From an uncultured Ruficoccus sp. (lineage in GTDB: Bacteria > Verrucomicrobiota > Verrucomicrobiia > Opitutales > Cerasicoccaceae): DNA of 64,000 nt. Below the pieces are notes generated by a model, which was given only the letters and a program-made list of their open reading frames with translations, was not told where the DNA came from and ran no database searches. Each line of letters starts with the position of its first letter. The first letter of the stretch is position 1. This document shows, in pieces, positions 54,121 through 61,894 of this stretch. The translations under genes and the position numbers were made by a program. The stretch spans positions 95,847-159,846 of the forward strand of contig OZ223484.1 in NCBI GenBank assembly GCA_965140785.1. The letters run 5' to 3'.

Positions 54121-54627
54121 ATGAAAAAAAATCCATATATATTTATAAATGAGAATCTTACTATCGAAGCCATAACGACTAGCTTCAACATCAAGCAGTC
54201 TGATGCAGTGCGGGAGGTAAAACGTACCTTATGCGCCTTTTATGGGCTTTCAAAACTCAAGAAATTTGCCCCTTTTCAGTGGGAAATTTTGGAAAAACTG
54301 CTCGATCCGAGCAAATTTTCCGCCCCTTGCGCTCGAAAGGAGCATACTTTTCTGACCTGGTTTCTCGCCTCAACCCTCAGAAAGCAGGGTGAAGGCCCTA
54401 CCAATGACGCTCTCACGGTCCGTGAACTATACCCGGTGTATGTTCGGTCATGTATTTTTTTCGGCACTCAACCGGAAAAAATTGAGGATTTTTCAACTTT
54501 TTTGGAGCAATATTTGCCCCTTTTTACCGGCCTAAAACTGGTCAAGATCAAGGGTTCCAGGTCTCCCAAAAAGCAGTTCATCCAAGACGGTGAGGTCAAT
54601 CCACATTCACCTTTTATTGTCAGCTAG
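54121..54627 (+). CDS. Hypothetical protein resembling the C-terminal winged-helix domain of D5/P4-type primases
   Basis: WFL....TVRELYPVYVRSC..G..P....F..FL pattern; AT-rich. Confidence 0.5.
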   Translation: MKKNPYIFINENLTIEAITTSFNIKQSDAVREVKRTLCAFYGLSKLKKFAPFQWEILEKLLDPSKFSAPCARKEHTFLTWFLASTLRKQGEGPTNDALTVRELYPVYVRSCIFFGTQPEKIEDFSTFLEQYLPLFTGLKLVKIKGSRSPKKQFIQDGEVNPHSPFIVS

Positions 54628-54742
54628 TCAGCTGTACTTCAACGACTTCCACTCATGGTACACCTACTCGACCGAGCCGCCCGCCCTTGCCCTGCCTTTG
54701 GCTTTTCGATCCTCCCGTCTTTCAATAAACCAGTAAAAGAAA

Positions 54743-54840
54743 CGGGAAAGTCGGGAGGGTTACGTTTTACCCTTGCGTATGCGCATAGGCGCAGGCGCAT
54801 AAGGGGGGGGTATGAAGGTCGTACCTTCCCAACCTTCCCG
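54743..54840. promoter_or_regulatory. Long imperfect palindrome, putative replication origin
   Basis: CGGGAAAGTCGGGAGGGTTACG ... CGTACCTTCCCAACCTTCCCG around inner TATGCGC/GCGCATA and CCCTT/AAGGG arms. Confidence 0.5.
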
Positions 54841-55256
54841 CCAGAATCGTCATGTTTCCCCGGAGGAAATGTCGCTGCTCCAGCGTACCCCCCGGTAAGG
54901 AATCTCTTTTCGCGGATCGTCTTCAAGGGTTTGGCGACTGATGTCGTTTTTCTCCGCGTGCGGTGTCGTAACTTACTGTCGTGTCGCTGCGCGGTGTCGT
55001 ATGGGTGCGGATCGCTTTCCGTGACCCGCAAATGCCATGTCAGCGCTCGCCTGGTCAACGGGAGAATCGGGACTGGGAAACGAAAAGCGAAGCGCGGGCA
55101 AGCCGCACGCCGTTCAAACTTGAGAAAAGGAGTTTGGAAGAAATCGAGCGCATAACGTCCTCTGCACCAATTCAATGTAAAATCACCCTGAAAGTGGAGC
55201 CCCTATAGGTGAGAACAGTTCAACTCCACTCAAACCCATCAGTAAAGGAAAACAAT

Positions 55257-55688
55257 ATGCCGCTTATTTACGCCAAAGACGCCGCCTTGGATAAAGCCGC
55301 CGTCAGAATGCGCCCCGCCTTCATAAAGGCCTTGGAAGCCCTAAACCTTACACCAGAGCAAGTCTGGGACAATGAAAACGCCATCACGGATGCCATCTCT
55401 AAGGCCGCTAAGCCGTCTCACGAGAACGAAAGCAAGGTGACTATCGAAAACGCCGCGATGCGTGAGGGCCTGTCCGCTGCCGGGATCAAGCTGCCGGAAA
55501 GCTGTGATAAGGCTGCGGTCGAGGCCGCTATCAAAAGACGCATTTCAATCGGTGCCAGTGAACAGCTTGCCGAGACCGGCGTAGCGATGCCCGTCGAAAT
55601 GAATCCGGAGATCGACCCCACTCAACCCGCTCGCAAGAGCTCCGACAAGACCGGCCTGGCCCGTATCAAGGGGTCTCTGAGCCAGTAA
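55257..55688 (+). CDS. Hypothetical protein, putative capsid scaffold
   Basis: AAAGGAA RBS; Ala/Glu/Lys-rich helical protein directly upstream of the capsid gene. Confidence 0.6.
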   Translation: MPLIYAKDAALDKAAVRMRPAFIKALEALNLTPEQVWDNENAITDAISKAAKPSHENESKVTIENAAMREGLSAAGIKLPESCDKAAVEAAIKRRISIGASEQLAETGVAMPVEMNPEIDPTQPARKSSDKTGLARIKGSLSQ

Positions 55689-55727
55689 TCGTAGGGCCGT
55701 CTCTTTAACCTCAAAACAATACGTAGA

Positions 55728-56642
55728 ATGTCAGAAAGAGCTTCCATGATCGACCTCGTCGCGCTCAATGCCGATCAATTCGGCCTGGGCGTCATTGAGG
55801 AAAGTCTCCAATCCGCACCGGAACTGAACGTGGCTCATGCTACTGTGATCAAGGGTACGAGTTATTTTAGTACGGTTCGCTTCGGACTGCCCCCTACGGG
55901 CTTCCGTGCTGCTAATGAAGGTATCAGCGCAGGAAAAAGCCGCTTCACCCAACGCCTGGTCCAATGCTTCATCTTCGACAGCCGCATCGAGTGCGACAAG
56001 GCCGTCGCGGATGCTTATGTAAGTGGCCCGGATATGTACAAGGCGCTTGAGAGTGTCGGCGTCATGGAAAGCGGACTCCGCTCCGTCGGTAATCAATTTT
56101 ATTATGGACCGGCGGGCACGGCCAGCAATGCCAACCGAGGATTCCCGGGTCTGATTGATCTCTACGATGCCGATAATATGGAAATCGATGCGGAGGGCGA
56201 AGCGGATAAGACTTCCGTGTGGGCTGTCCGGTTCGGCGAGCAGGATGTTCATTTTGTCCTGGGCAACAACGGCCCGCGCCTCCCAGGCCTGGAAGATTGG
56301 CGCGTGGAGACATTGCGGGATGAGGAGAATAAAGCCTACGACGGCTATGTCAGCAGCGCCGCCATGTGGATCGGTCTCGCCTGCCACAAAATCAACGCTG
56401 TCGCCCGCGTTAAGAACATCGGTAGCGCCGAAGGAAAAACGCTCACCTTTGACCATTTGTATCGGATGTTGGAGACCTTCCCTAGTGGGATGCCGCCGAC
56501 ACATATCTTTGCGAATAAGCGGTCGCTTCGCCAACTCCGCGAATCGAGGCGAACCGATTTAAATCCGACGCCTGAGACCCCAACGAACGTTGATGGCATT
56601 CCGATTGTCCCGACGGACTCCATTATTAACGCCGAGGCCTAA
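55728..56642 (+). CDS. Major capsid protein, epsilon15 gp7/BPP-1-like (HK97 fold)
   Basis: STVRFGLP..GFR.ANEG...KS, ECDKAVAD, YYG...F.GL..Y, IDA.G...TSVWAV.FG and GIPIVPTDSIINAEA C-terminus match my recollection of this family. Confidence 0.85.
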   Translation: MSERASMIDLVALNADQFGLGVIEESLQSAPELNVAHATVIKGTSYFSTVRFGLPPTGFRAANEGISAGKSRFTQRLVQCFIFDSRIECDKAVADAYVSGPDMYKALESVGVMESGLRSVGNQFYYGPAGTASNANRGFPGLIDLYDADNMEIDAEGEADKTSVWAVRFGEQDVHFVLGNNGPRLPGLEDWRVETLRDEENKAYDGYVSSAAMWIGLACHKINAVARVKNIGSAEGKTLTFDHLYRMLETFPSGMPPTHIFANKRSLRQLRESRRTDLNPTPETPTNVDGIPIVPTDSIINAEA

Positions 56643-56685
56643 ACACCTTTGTCGCACGAGCATGCGATAAGTGGCTGATAATATC

Positions 56686-56709
56686 GGGGGTGGCCATTTG
56701 GCCGCCCCC
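56686..56709 (+). other. GC-rich hairpin after the capsid gene
   Basis: GGGGGTGGCCA-tt-TGGCCGCCCCC; no clear U-tract. Confidence 0.45.
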
Positions 56710-56722
56710 TCCCCTTTCCCCA

Positions 56723-56866
56723 ATGATCAGGAGCTTATACATTATCATCAAAGGCTTGCTTTACTTGCCTGCCGCTATGCGGGTCCAGGCCAAAAATGAG
56801 AAAGCCATGATGAAACGCTTCAAGGCCGTCCAAGATGAACAGCACAAAAAGATAGGGTCAAACTGA
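56723..56866 (+). CDS. 47-aa small ORF coupled to the tape-measure gene
   Basis: MIRSLYIIIKGLLYLPAAMRVQAKNEKAMMKRFKAVQDEQHKKIGSN; its TGA overlaps the next ATG (TGATG). Confidence 0.55.
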   Translation: MIRSLYIIIKGLLYLPAAMRVQAKNEKAMMKRFKAVQDEQHKKIGSN

Positions 56867-58530
56867 TGTTCGGCATGGAGTCACTCACCGCCCGCCTGGG
56901 CCTCGATACCAAAGGCTACGAAAAAGACCTCAAAAGGGCCGAGGGGATCACCGGACGTGCTGCAAAAAAGATGGCTGGCATGTTCGCTGGCTTTCTCACC
57001 GTCTCGGGCCTCGTGGCCCTCGGCAAGCAAGCGATGGAAACCGCCGACCGTATCGGCAATATGGCGGACCGGCTCGGGCTGACCACGGATGAACTGCAAG
57101 ACTTCCTTAATGCCGCCCAGGCTGCCGGTATCGGCATCGACACCGCAGGCATGGCCCTTCAGCGTTGGACCCGTCGCCTGGCTGAAGCTCAACAAGGGAA
57201 GGGTGAGTTGGTAGGAATTTTAGAGCAGTACAACATTGAGTTGAGGGATGCCAGTGGCAATGCCCGCTCAGCCTCTGATGTGCTCAGGGACTATGCCAAT
57301 GCCGTCAAGCATGCTGAAAGCGAACAGGAACAGCTCCGCATGGCCTTCAAGGCTTTCGATTCCGAAGGAGCCGACTTGGTCCGCATTCTCAAAGGGGGCA
57401 CAGAGGCGTTGGATGAATTCACGAGAGTAGGGAATGAAAAGTTTGGAAAATTCTCCGATGACGTGACGCGCGAGCTTCAGGAATCCAAGCTCGAAATCGA
57501 AGCCTTCCAGAATCGCCTCACCGTCGGTTTCGGTAATATCCTGGTGGACTTCAAATCCAAGGAGGGCCTCACAAAGCTCGGTTACGGCCTACTGGAGCAG
57601 GGTGCGAAATTCGCCGGGATGCTTGCTGACGCAATCTACCAAGGAGCTGCTATCATCGGGGCGGTTTTCCCTCCCGCCATGCAGACGATTTGGGAGCTTA
57701 TCAAAGCCGGATTTGGGTATGTTAAAGATGTGGGCGAGGCCAGCTTTACCTATCTCTTTGATGTCGTTGGCTCACAATGGAAAACGATTGCACTCGGGAT
57801 AAAGACCTCCCTTCTAGACGCCGCTGATACGTTCCTGCGAAAGATTGAAGATGTGCCTTGGATCGGAAAGAAAGCCGTCGAGGCCAGAAAGTCCATCCAG
57901 TCAGAACTCAAGCTACTGGAATCCCAGCGCCCTGATGAAGTTAAGTCATTCAGCGAACGTCTCAGTAAGGTTGATGGTATTCCTGCCAGGATGGTAGCTG
58001 CCTACGATGAGATTTCCGATAAAATCGCCAAGAATCTAGCCCTCACCCGGGAAACGCATTTCTCGGAAGAATGGAGTAAGCCTTTCAGGGAGGGTAAAGA
58101 GGAAATGGATCGTATCCTTAATTCTTCGCTGTATAAGAAACCCCCTGTGCCACCGCCTAGTCCACAGTCGGATGCGGACTCTAGCGCCCCTGATAAGCCC
58201 GATCAAAAGCCTGTGTCCCAGAGCAAGCCTTCCGGGCCCTCGGGCTTGAAACCGGTCACCGTGCACCGGGGTATCTCCGGGGAGATTATCAACTGGGATG
58301 CCCTCACTCCCGAGCAAAAGGCCGCGCTCGCCAACACTCGCTATGCCACTGACCCTCGCCGCTCCGCTCGTGTCGCTGCGCTGCAAGGGGAGCCCACGGT
58401 TGCCGGCCTGCCCGCCGGCGCACCCCAGCAAAAAAACCAGGCCGCACAAATGGCGAAAGATATTGCAGAGCTGAAAAAGGCTACTCAGTCCATTGAATCT
58501 GACTTCAAGAAGGTACTGGGCCAGCCATAA
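56866..58530 (+). CDS. Tail tape-measure-like protein (554 aa)
   Basis: SLTARLGLDTKGY N-terminus; hydrophobic stretch; ADRIGNMADRLGLTTDELQ...AAQAAG TMP-type motif; Ala/Gly-rich helical body; Pro-rich tail. Confidence 0.75.
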   Translation: MFGMESLTARLGLDTKGYEKDLKRAEGITGRAAKKMAGMFAGFLTVSGLVALGKQAMETADRIGNMADRLGLTTDELQDFLNAAQAAGIGIDTAGMALQRWTRRLAEAQQGKGELVGILEQYNIELRDASGNARSASDVLRDYANAVKHAESEQEQLRMAFKAFDSEGADLVRILKGGTEALDEFTRVGNEKFGKFSDDVTRELQESKLEIEAFQNRLTVGFGNILVDFKSKEGLTKLGYGLLEQGAKFAGMLADAIYQGAAIIGAVFPPAMQTIWELIKAGFGYVKDVGEASFTYLFDVVGSQWKTIALGIKTSLLDAADTFLRKIEDVPWIGKKAVEARKSIQSELKLLESQRPDEVKSFSERLSKVDGIPARMVAAYDEISDKIAKNLALTRETHFSEEWSKPFREGKEEMDRILNSSLYKKPPVPPPSPQSDADSSAPDKPDQKPVSQSKPSGPSGLKPVTVHRGISGEIINWDALTPEQKAALANTRYATDPRRSARVAALQGEPTVAGLPAGAPQQKNQAAQMAKDIAELKKATQSIESDFKKVLGQP

Positions 58531-58541
58531 GGCCTTTTAGA

Positions 58542-58569
58542 TTGACGGCAGGGCTCCACGGTCTAGGCT
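58542..58569 (+). promoter_or_regulatory. Putative sigma70 promoter
   Basis: TTGACG-N16-TAGGCT upstream of the C4-like RNA. Confidence 0.5.
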
Positions 58570-58615
58570 TCTCTACATGGCCGTAGGAAGCCTACTTACA
58601 GTAACGATTGACTTT

Positions 58616-58680
58616 GCACCCGCGTGGCAGCCGGAGAGGGTATTACTGTACCCAATTCCTACCTCCGGCGGCGCGGGTGC
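58616..58680 (+). ncRNA. C4-like antisense RNA
   Basis: Stems GCACCCGCG/CGCGGGTGC, GCCGGAG/CTCCGGC and GGGTA/TACCC; exposed TTACTG loop and TTCCTAC bulge are complementary to upstream TACAGTAA (58597-58604) and GTAGGAA (58583-58589). Confidence 0.72.
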
Positions 58681-58696
58681 TCTGTATCAATAAACC

Positions 58697-59083
58697 ATGA
58701 ATATTACGTTCTCTGAAGATACAACCCAGCGGCTAAATCACATCGCCTATGCGCTAGGGATTAGAACAGAAACCATCGTCAAGGCAGTCTTTGATGGTGA
58801 GGCCATCGAAGGTTTTCTTGACCCTGCAGAAGTGCTAAATGCCTTCAATGGCTCAGATCATGAGCTTGGTTGTCTCGTCACTCTGCTGAACGATTTCCGT
58901 TCCCTGACCTGCGAGGAGCGCCAATCATTTTTCGCTGCTGCCGAAGCTTGCGGGGAGATTCCATATCAATATGCTATGCAATGTATTAGCATTCATGCCA
59001 ACAAAACTACCACTGAAAGCAAGCCTGGAGGAGTCTTCGAAAGAGACTTCTTCAGGAAATTGACTTTGCCAAAACTGAACTAA
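58697..59083 (+). CDS. Hypothetical protein downstream of the C4-like RNA
   Basis: 128-aa ORF; N-terminus MNITFSEDTTQRLNHIAYALG is ribbon-helix-helix-like. Confidence 0.6.
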   Translation: MNITFSEDTTQRLNHIAYALGIRTETIVKAVFDGEAIEGFLDPAEVLNAFNGSDHELGCLVTLLNDFRSLTCEERQSFFAAAEACGEIPYQYAMQCISIHANKTTTESKPGGVFERDFFRKLTLPKLN

Positions 59084-59127
59084 CTAAGAGGGCTGGAATT
59101 CCAGCCCACCATGTTTACGGTATACTC

Positions 59128-59433
59128 ATGTCAGAAAAACTGCCATATCCAACCCCCGGAGAAATCCTGAAGGAAATTCTTGAGGAGATGAAGATATCGC
59201 AGGCGCGACTTTCACGCCGGGCCGGAATTCCGGCCCGGCGTGTCAGCCAGATCATCAATGGCAAGCGCCCGATCACCGCCGAAGATTCCCTCAGACTGGG
59301 ATACCTGTTCGGCCAGTCAGACCCCTTCTGGCTCAACATGCAGCACGCCTACGACCTGCGCCAGGCCCGAGAAAAAATGGGCTCGCAAATCGAAAAAGAG
59401 ATCCAACCGCTCAACATCGAAAGCCAAGGCTGA
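59128..59433 (+). CDS. higA: HigA family antitoxin (XRE HTH)
   Basis: PTPGEILKE, SQARL, RVSQIINGKRPITAE..LRL..FG....FWLNMQ..YDL. Confidence 0.88.
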   Translation: MSEKLPYPTPGEILKEILEEMKISQARLSRRAGIPARRVSQIINGKRPITAEDSLRLGYLFGQSDPFWLNMQHAYDLRQAREKMGSQIEKEIQPLNIESQG

Positions 59434-60131
59434 TGCCTGCGAAGAAGCCATCGGATAAAAGTCTCCCGGCTGTCCAGGTCACATCAGTCCTTACACCTGA
59501 ACGGGGGCAACTCGGTGCAAACTTTCTCCGATTGGCTGATGACATCACGGACGGCGATATTAAGAACGTCGTTATTGGCCTACGCCACATCTATCGTTCA
59601 CATTTGTGGTGGATTGGGGATATCATTAGTGAAGTGGCTCGCTTACGTCCACAAACAGATGCACATGGTAAGGCGATCTCGGATGCTCACCCTCTCAAAA
59701 ACGAACGTGTCTGTATGATCGCAGATAGCTTTGGGATCGGCACTGAAGAGAGAATCCGACAAATTTGGCGAGTCTGCTTTCATATTCCCCCTGATAAACG
59801 CATTCAGGGTGCATCATTTACCCATCATGAAACCGCCCTGCGCGAAGCCTCGGGAGATATCAAGCTAGCCATAAAGTGGGTACGCCTCGCCGCTGATGAA
59901 GGGCTCAGCGTATCTAAAATGCGTGCTGAGCTGCGTCAGGATATGGCAAAGCCCATCGAAAGATGTGAGCCTGAAACGGACCCGGATCGCGAAGTCTCTA
60001 TACGATTCTCAGAATTTTACAGAATCAAGCGAATCGTATCTCAGATTGATATCAAAGATATGACCAAAGATGACCGACAAACACTTAAGTCAGACATGAA
60101 AGAGGTCGTTGATTTCCTGAATAGGCTATGA
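59433..60131 (+). CDS. Hypothetical DNA-binding protein, LmbU-like
   Basis: WWIGD, RV...P...R...SFTHH, W...A...GLSV..MR pattern; TGATG coupling to higA. Confidence 0.55.
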   Translation: MPAKKPSDKSLPAVQVTSVLTPERGQLGANFLRLADDITDGDIKNVVIGLRHIYRSHLWWIGDIISEVARLRPQTDAHGKAISDAHPLKNERVCMIADSFGIGTEERIRQIWRVCFHIPPDKRIQGASFTHHETALREASGDIKLAIKWVRLAADEGLSVSKMRAELRQDMAKPIERCEPETDPDREVSIRFSEFYRIKRIVSQIDIKDMTKDDRQTLKSDMKEVVDFLNRL

Positions 60132-60296
60132 CCTTCTTGTCATGTCGGAGTCATGTCAAAAACACGGTTTTTTTCGCGCTTTTTGATCGTTTTTCGATCA
60201 TTTTGTGATTTGACCGTGAGCAAACTTCAGGAGTAGTATTGATCACATAAGCCGCTAACCGTCACGATAATGGCATCTTAGCCGAATCCTCAAAAT

Positions 60297-60370
60297 TGGT
60301 GCGGGCGGACGGAATCGAACCGACATCATCAGTTTGGAAGACTGAGGTTTTACCACTAAACTACGCCCGC
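60297..60370 (-). tRNA. tRNA-Gly (TCC)
   Basis: Reverse complement GCGGGCGTAGTTTAGTGGTAAAACCTCAGTCTTCCAAACTGATGATGTCGGTTCGATTCCGTCCGCCCGCACCA: cloverleaf, TCC anticodon, GTTCGA T-loop, CCA end. Confidence 0.97.
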
Positions 60371-60491
60371 GCAATGAAGTAGGGCAGGAGACTTGACCCG
60401 GAAGGGCTTAACGGTCAAGCTAATACCATCAATCAACCTCGATTCCGGGTTGCTTTAGCTAGCGTTTAACCCCACATCCCAGGCAGAGCCC

Positions 60492-61652
60492 ATGGCCATG
60501 TTATCACAGAGCGCAACCGCCAGTACGGCGGCTGGCAGGAAGAAAAAGCTGACCTTTGCCGAGAAGCAACGCCTGGCCAAACTGCGCTCTTATGAGAAAC
60601 AGGCTCGCCGCAAGAAGATCAAACTTGCGGATTTGACGGTCTTCACGCAGCAGATTGCCTCCATGCTTGAGGCCGGGTTGCCCCTGGTTTCCGCTCTGGA
60701 TGCCCTCCAGGAACAGACGGAAAACCCCGTCTTTCGAATCATCATCCGGGATGTGCGCAACGATATTTCCAGTGGCACGCCGTTCTCGGACGCCGTTCGC
60801 AAGTTCCCCCGGGCCTTTCCCAACCTCTTTGTCAGCATGGTGGAAGCCGGGGAAGCTTCCGGTGCGCTTGCCGATATCCTGGCCAAGGTAGCCGTGTACT
60901 TCGAGGAGTCGCTGGCGCTGTCCAAGAAGGTCAAAAGCGCCATGACCTACCCGGTCGCCGTCATCCTGCTCGCCGTGGGCCTGGTCAGCGTGCTGCTGAT
61001 CAAGGTTATCCCGGTCTTCGCCGGGATGTTTAACGACTTTGGAGCCCCGTTGCCCAAGCCGACTCAGATGCTGATCGATCTGAGCGAATTTCTCCAGAGC
61101 TATATCCTCTTCATCATCGCGGGTGTGATTGGCCTGATCTTTCTCTACAAGAAAATCACCCAGACCCCGGGCGGACGTGAAGCCCGGGACACCGTGCAAA
61201 ATAAGCTCCCGATCATGGGCAACCTGACCCGAAAGATCAACGTTTCGCGCTTCTGCCGCACCTATTCCATCCTACTGCGCAGCGGCGTACCCATCCTCCG
61301 GGCTCTGGAAATCTGCTCCAGTGCCTCGGACAATGTTTTTATCGAAAAGGCCTGCACCAACATCAGTCGCCACATCAGCCAGGGGGGACAGCTCTCCGAT
61401 GTCGTCGCCACCACCCCGTACTTTCCTCCCATGGTCAAGCACATGGCCCGGGCCGGCGAGCAGACCGGTAACGTGGACGGCATGATGAACAAGATTTCGG
61501 ATTTCTACGACACCGAGGTGGAGAACATCGTGGAGTCGCTCACCTCTCTGATGGAGCCGATCCTGATCTGCGTGCTGGGCGTCATCATCGGCGGCATCGT
61601 CATGGCCATGTTCCTGCCGATCTTCCAGCTCTCCTCCGTCATCAAGGCCTAG
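60492..61652 (+). CDS. pilC: Type IV pilus assembly / T2SS F protein PilC
   Basis: FTQQIASMLEAGLPL, AGEASGAL, KVKSAMTYP, AGEQTGNV, MEPILI, AMFLPIF. Confidence 0.9.
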   Translation: MAMLSQSATASTAAGRKKKLTFAEKQRLAKLRSYEKQARRKKIKLADLTVFTQQIASMLEAGLPLVSALDALQEQTENPVFRIIIRDVRNDISSGTPFSDAVRKFPRAFPNLFVSMVEAGEASGALADILAKVAVYFEESLALSKKVKSAMTYPVAVILLAVGLVSVLLIKVIPVFAGMFNDFGAPLPKPTQMLIDLSEFLQSYILFIIAGVIGLIFLYKKITQTPGGREARDTVQNKLPIMGNLTRKINVSRFCRTYSILLRSGVPILRALEICSSASDNVFIEKACTNISRHISQGGQLSDVVATTPYFPPMVKHMARAGEQTGNVDGMMNKISDFYDTEVENIVESLTSLMEPILICVLGVIIGGIVMAMFLPIFQLSSVIKA

Positions 61653-61673
61653 GCAGGTTACACCTGCTGGTAT

Positions 61674-61716
61674 TGAGGGGGCAAGCCCCCTACGGAGCCA
61701 GAAAGGCTCCTACCCC
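61674..61716 (+). repeat. REP-like two-hairpin dispersed repeat, copy 3
   Basis: AGGGGGC-aa-GCCCCCT-AC-GGAGCC-agaaa-GGCTCC-TACCCC. Confidence 0.72.
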
Positions 61717-61894
61717 GGCAACGGACAAGGCGGTTTATGGTGGCTACCCGGTTTGCACTGAGTTCATGAGGATCGGAGCTGAAGATTGGGCACAGCCCCC
61801 ATGCATGCTGGGCACATCAGCCGAAGAAAGCGCTGGGCCCCATTAGCCACAAAACCGCTCGCCGGCGAAGTACCTCAGAAGCCAATCCCTCCCG

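Larger units (their letters stand above)
51893..60342 (+). mobile_element. 8.4-kb integrated phage-satellite-like element in tRNA-Gly(TCC)
   Basis: 47-bp direct repeats at both ends; integrase, capsid and tape-measure-like genes, all on the + strand; visibly lower GC than the flanks. Confidence 0.9.

Noticed and set aside
54639..55208. ORFs 54655-55155 (+), 54639-55175 (-) and 54981-55208 (+)
   Set aside because: They cross the palindromic and repeat region, have no recognisable motifs and overlap each other; treated as non-coding, although a small gene near 55030-55208 cannot be excluded.
55728..56642. Encapsulin nanocompartment
   Set aside because: Motifs fit the epsilon15 gp7-like phage capsid family better; it sits in an integrase-bounded element beside a TMP-like gene, and no cargo enzyme is present.
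51893..60342. Complete prophage or gene transfer agent
   Set aside because: Only 8.4 kb between att sites, with no recognisable terminase, portal, tail tube or lysis genes.
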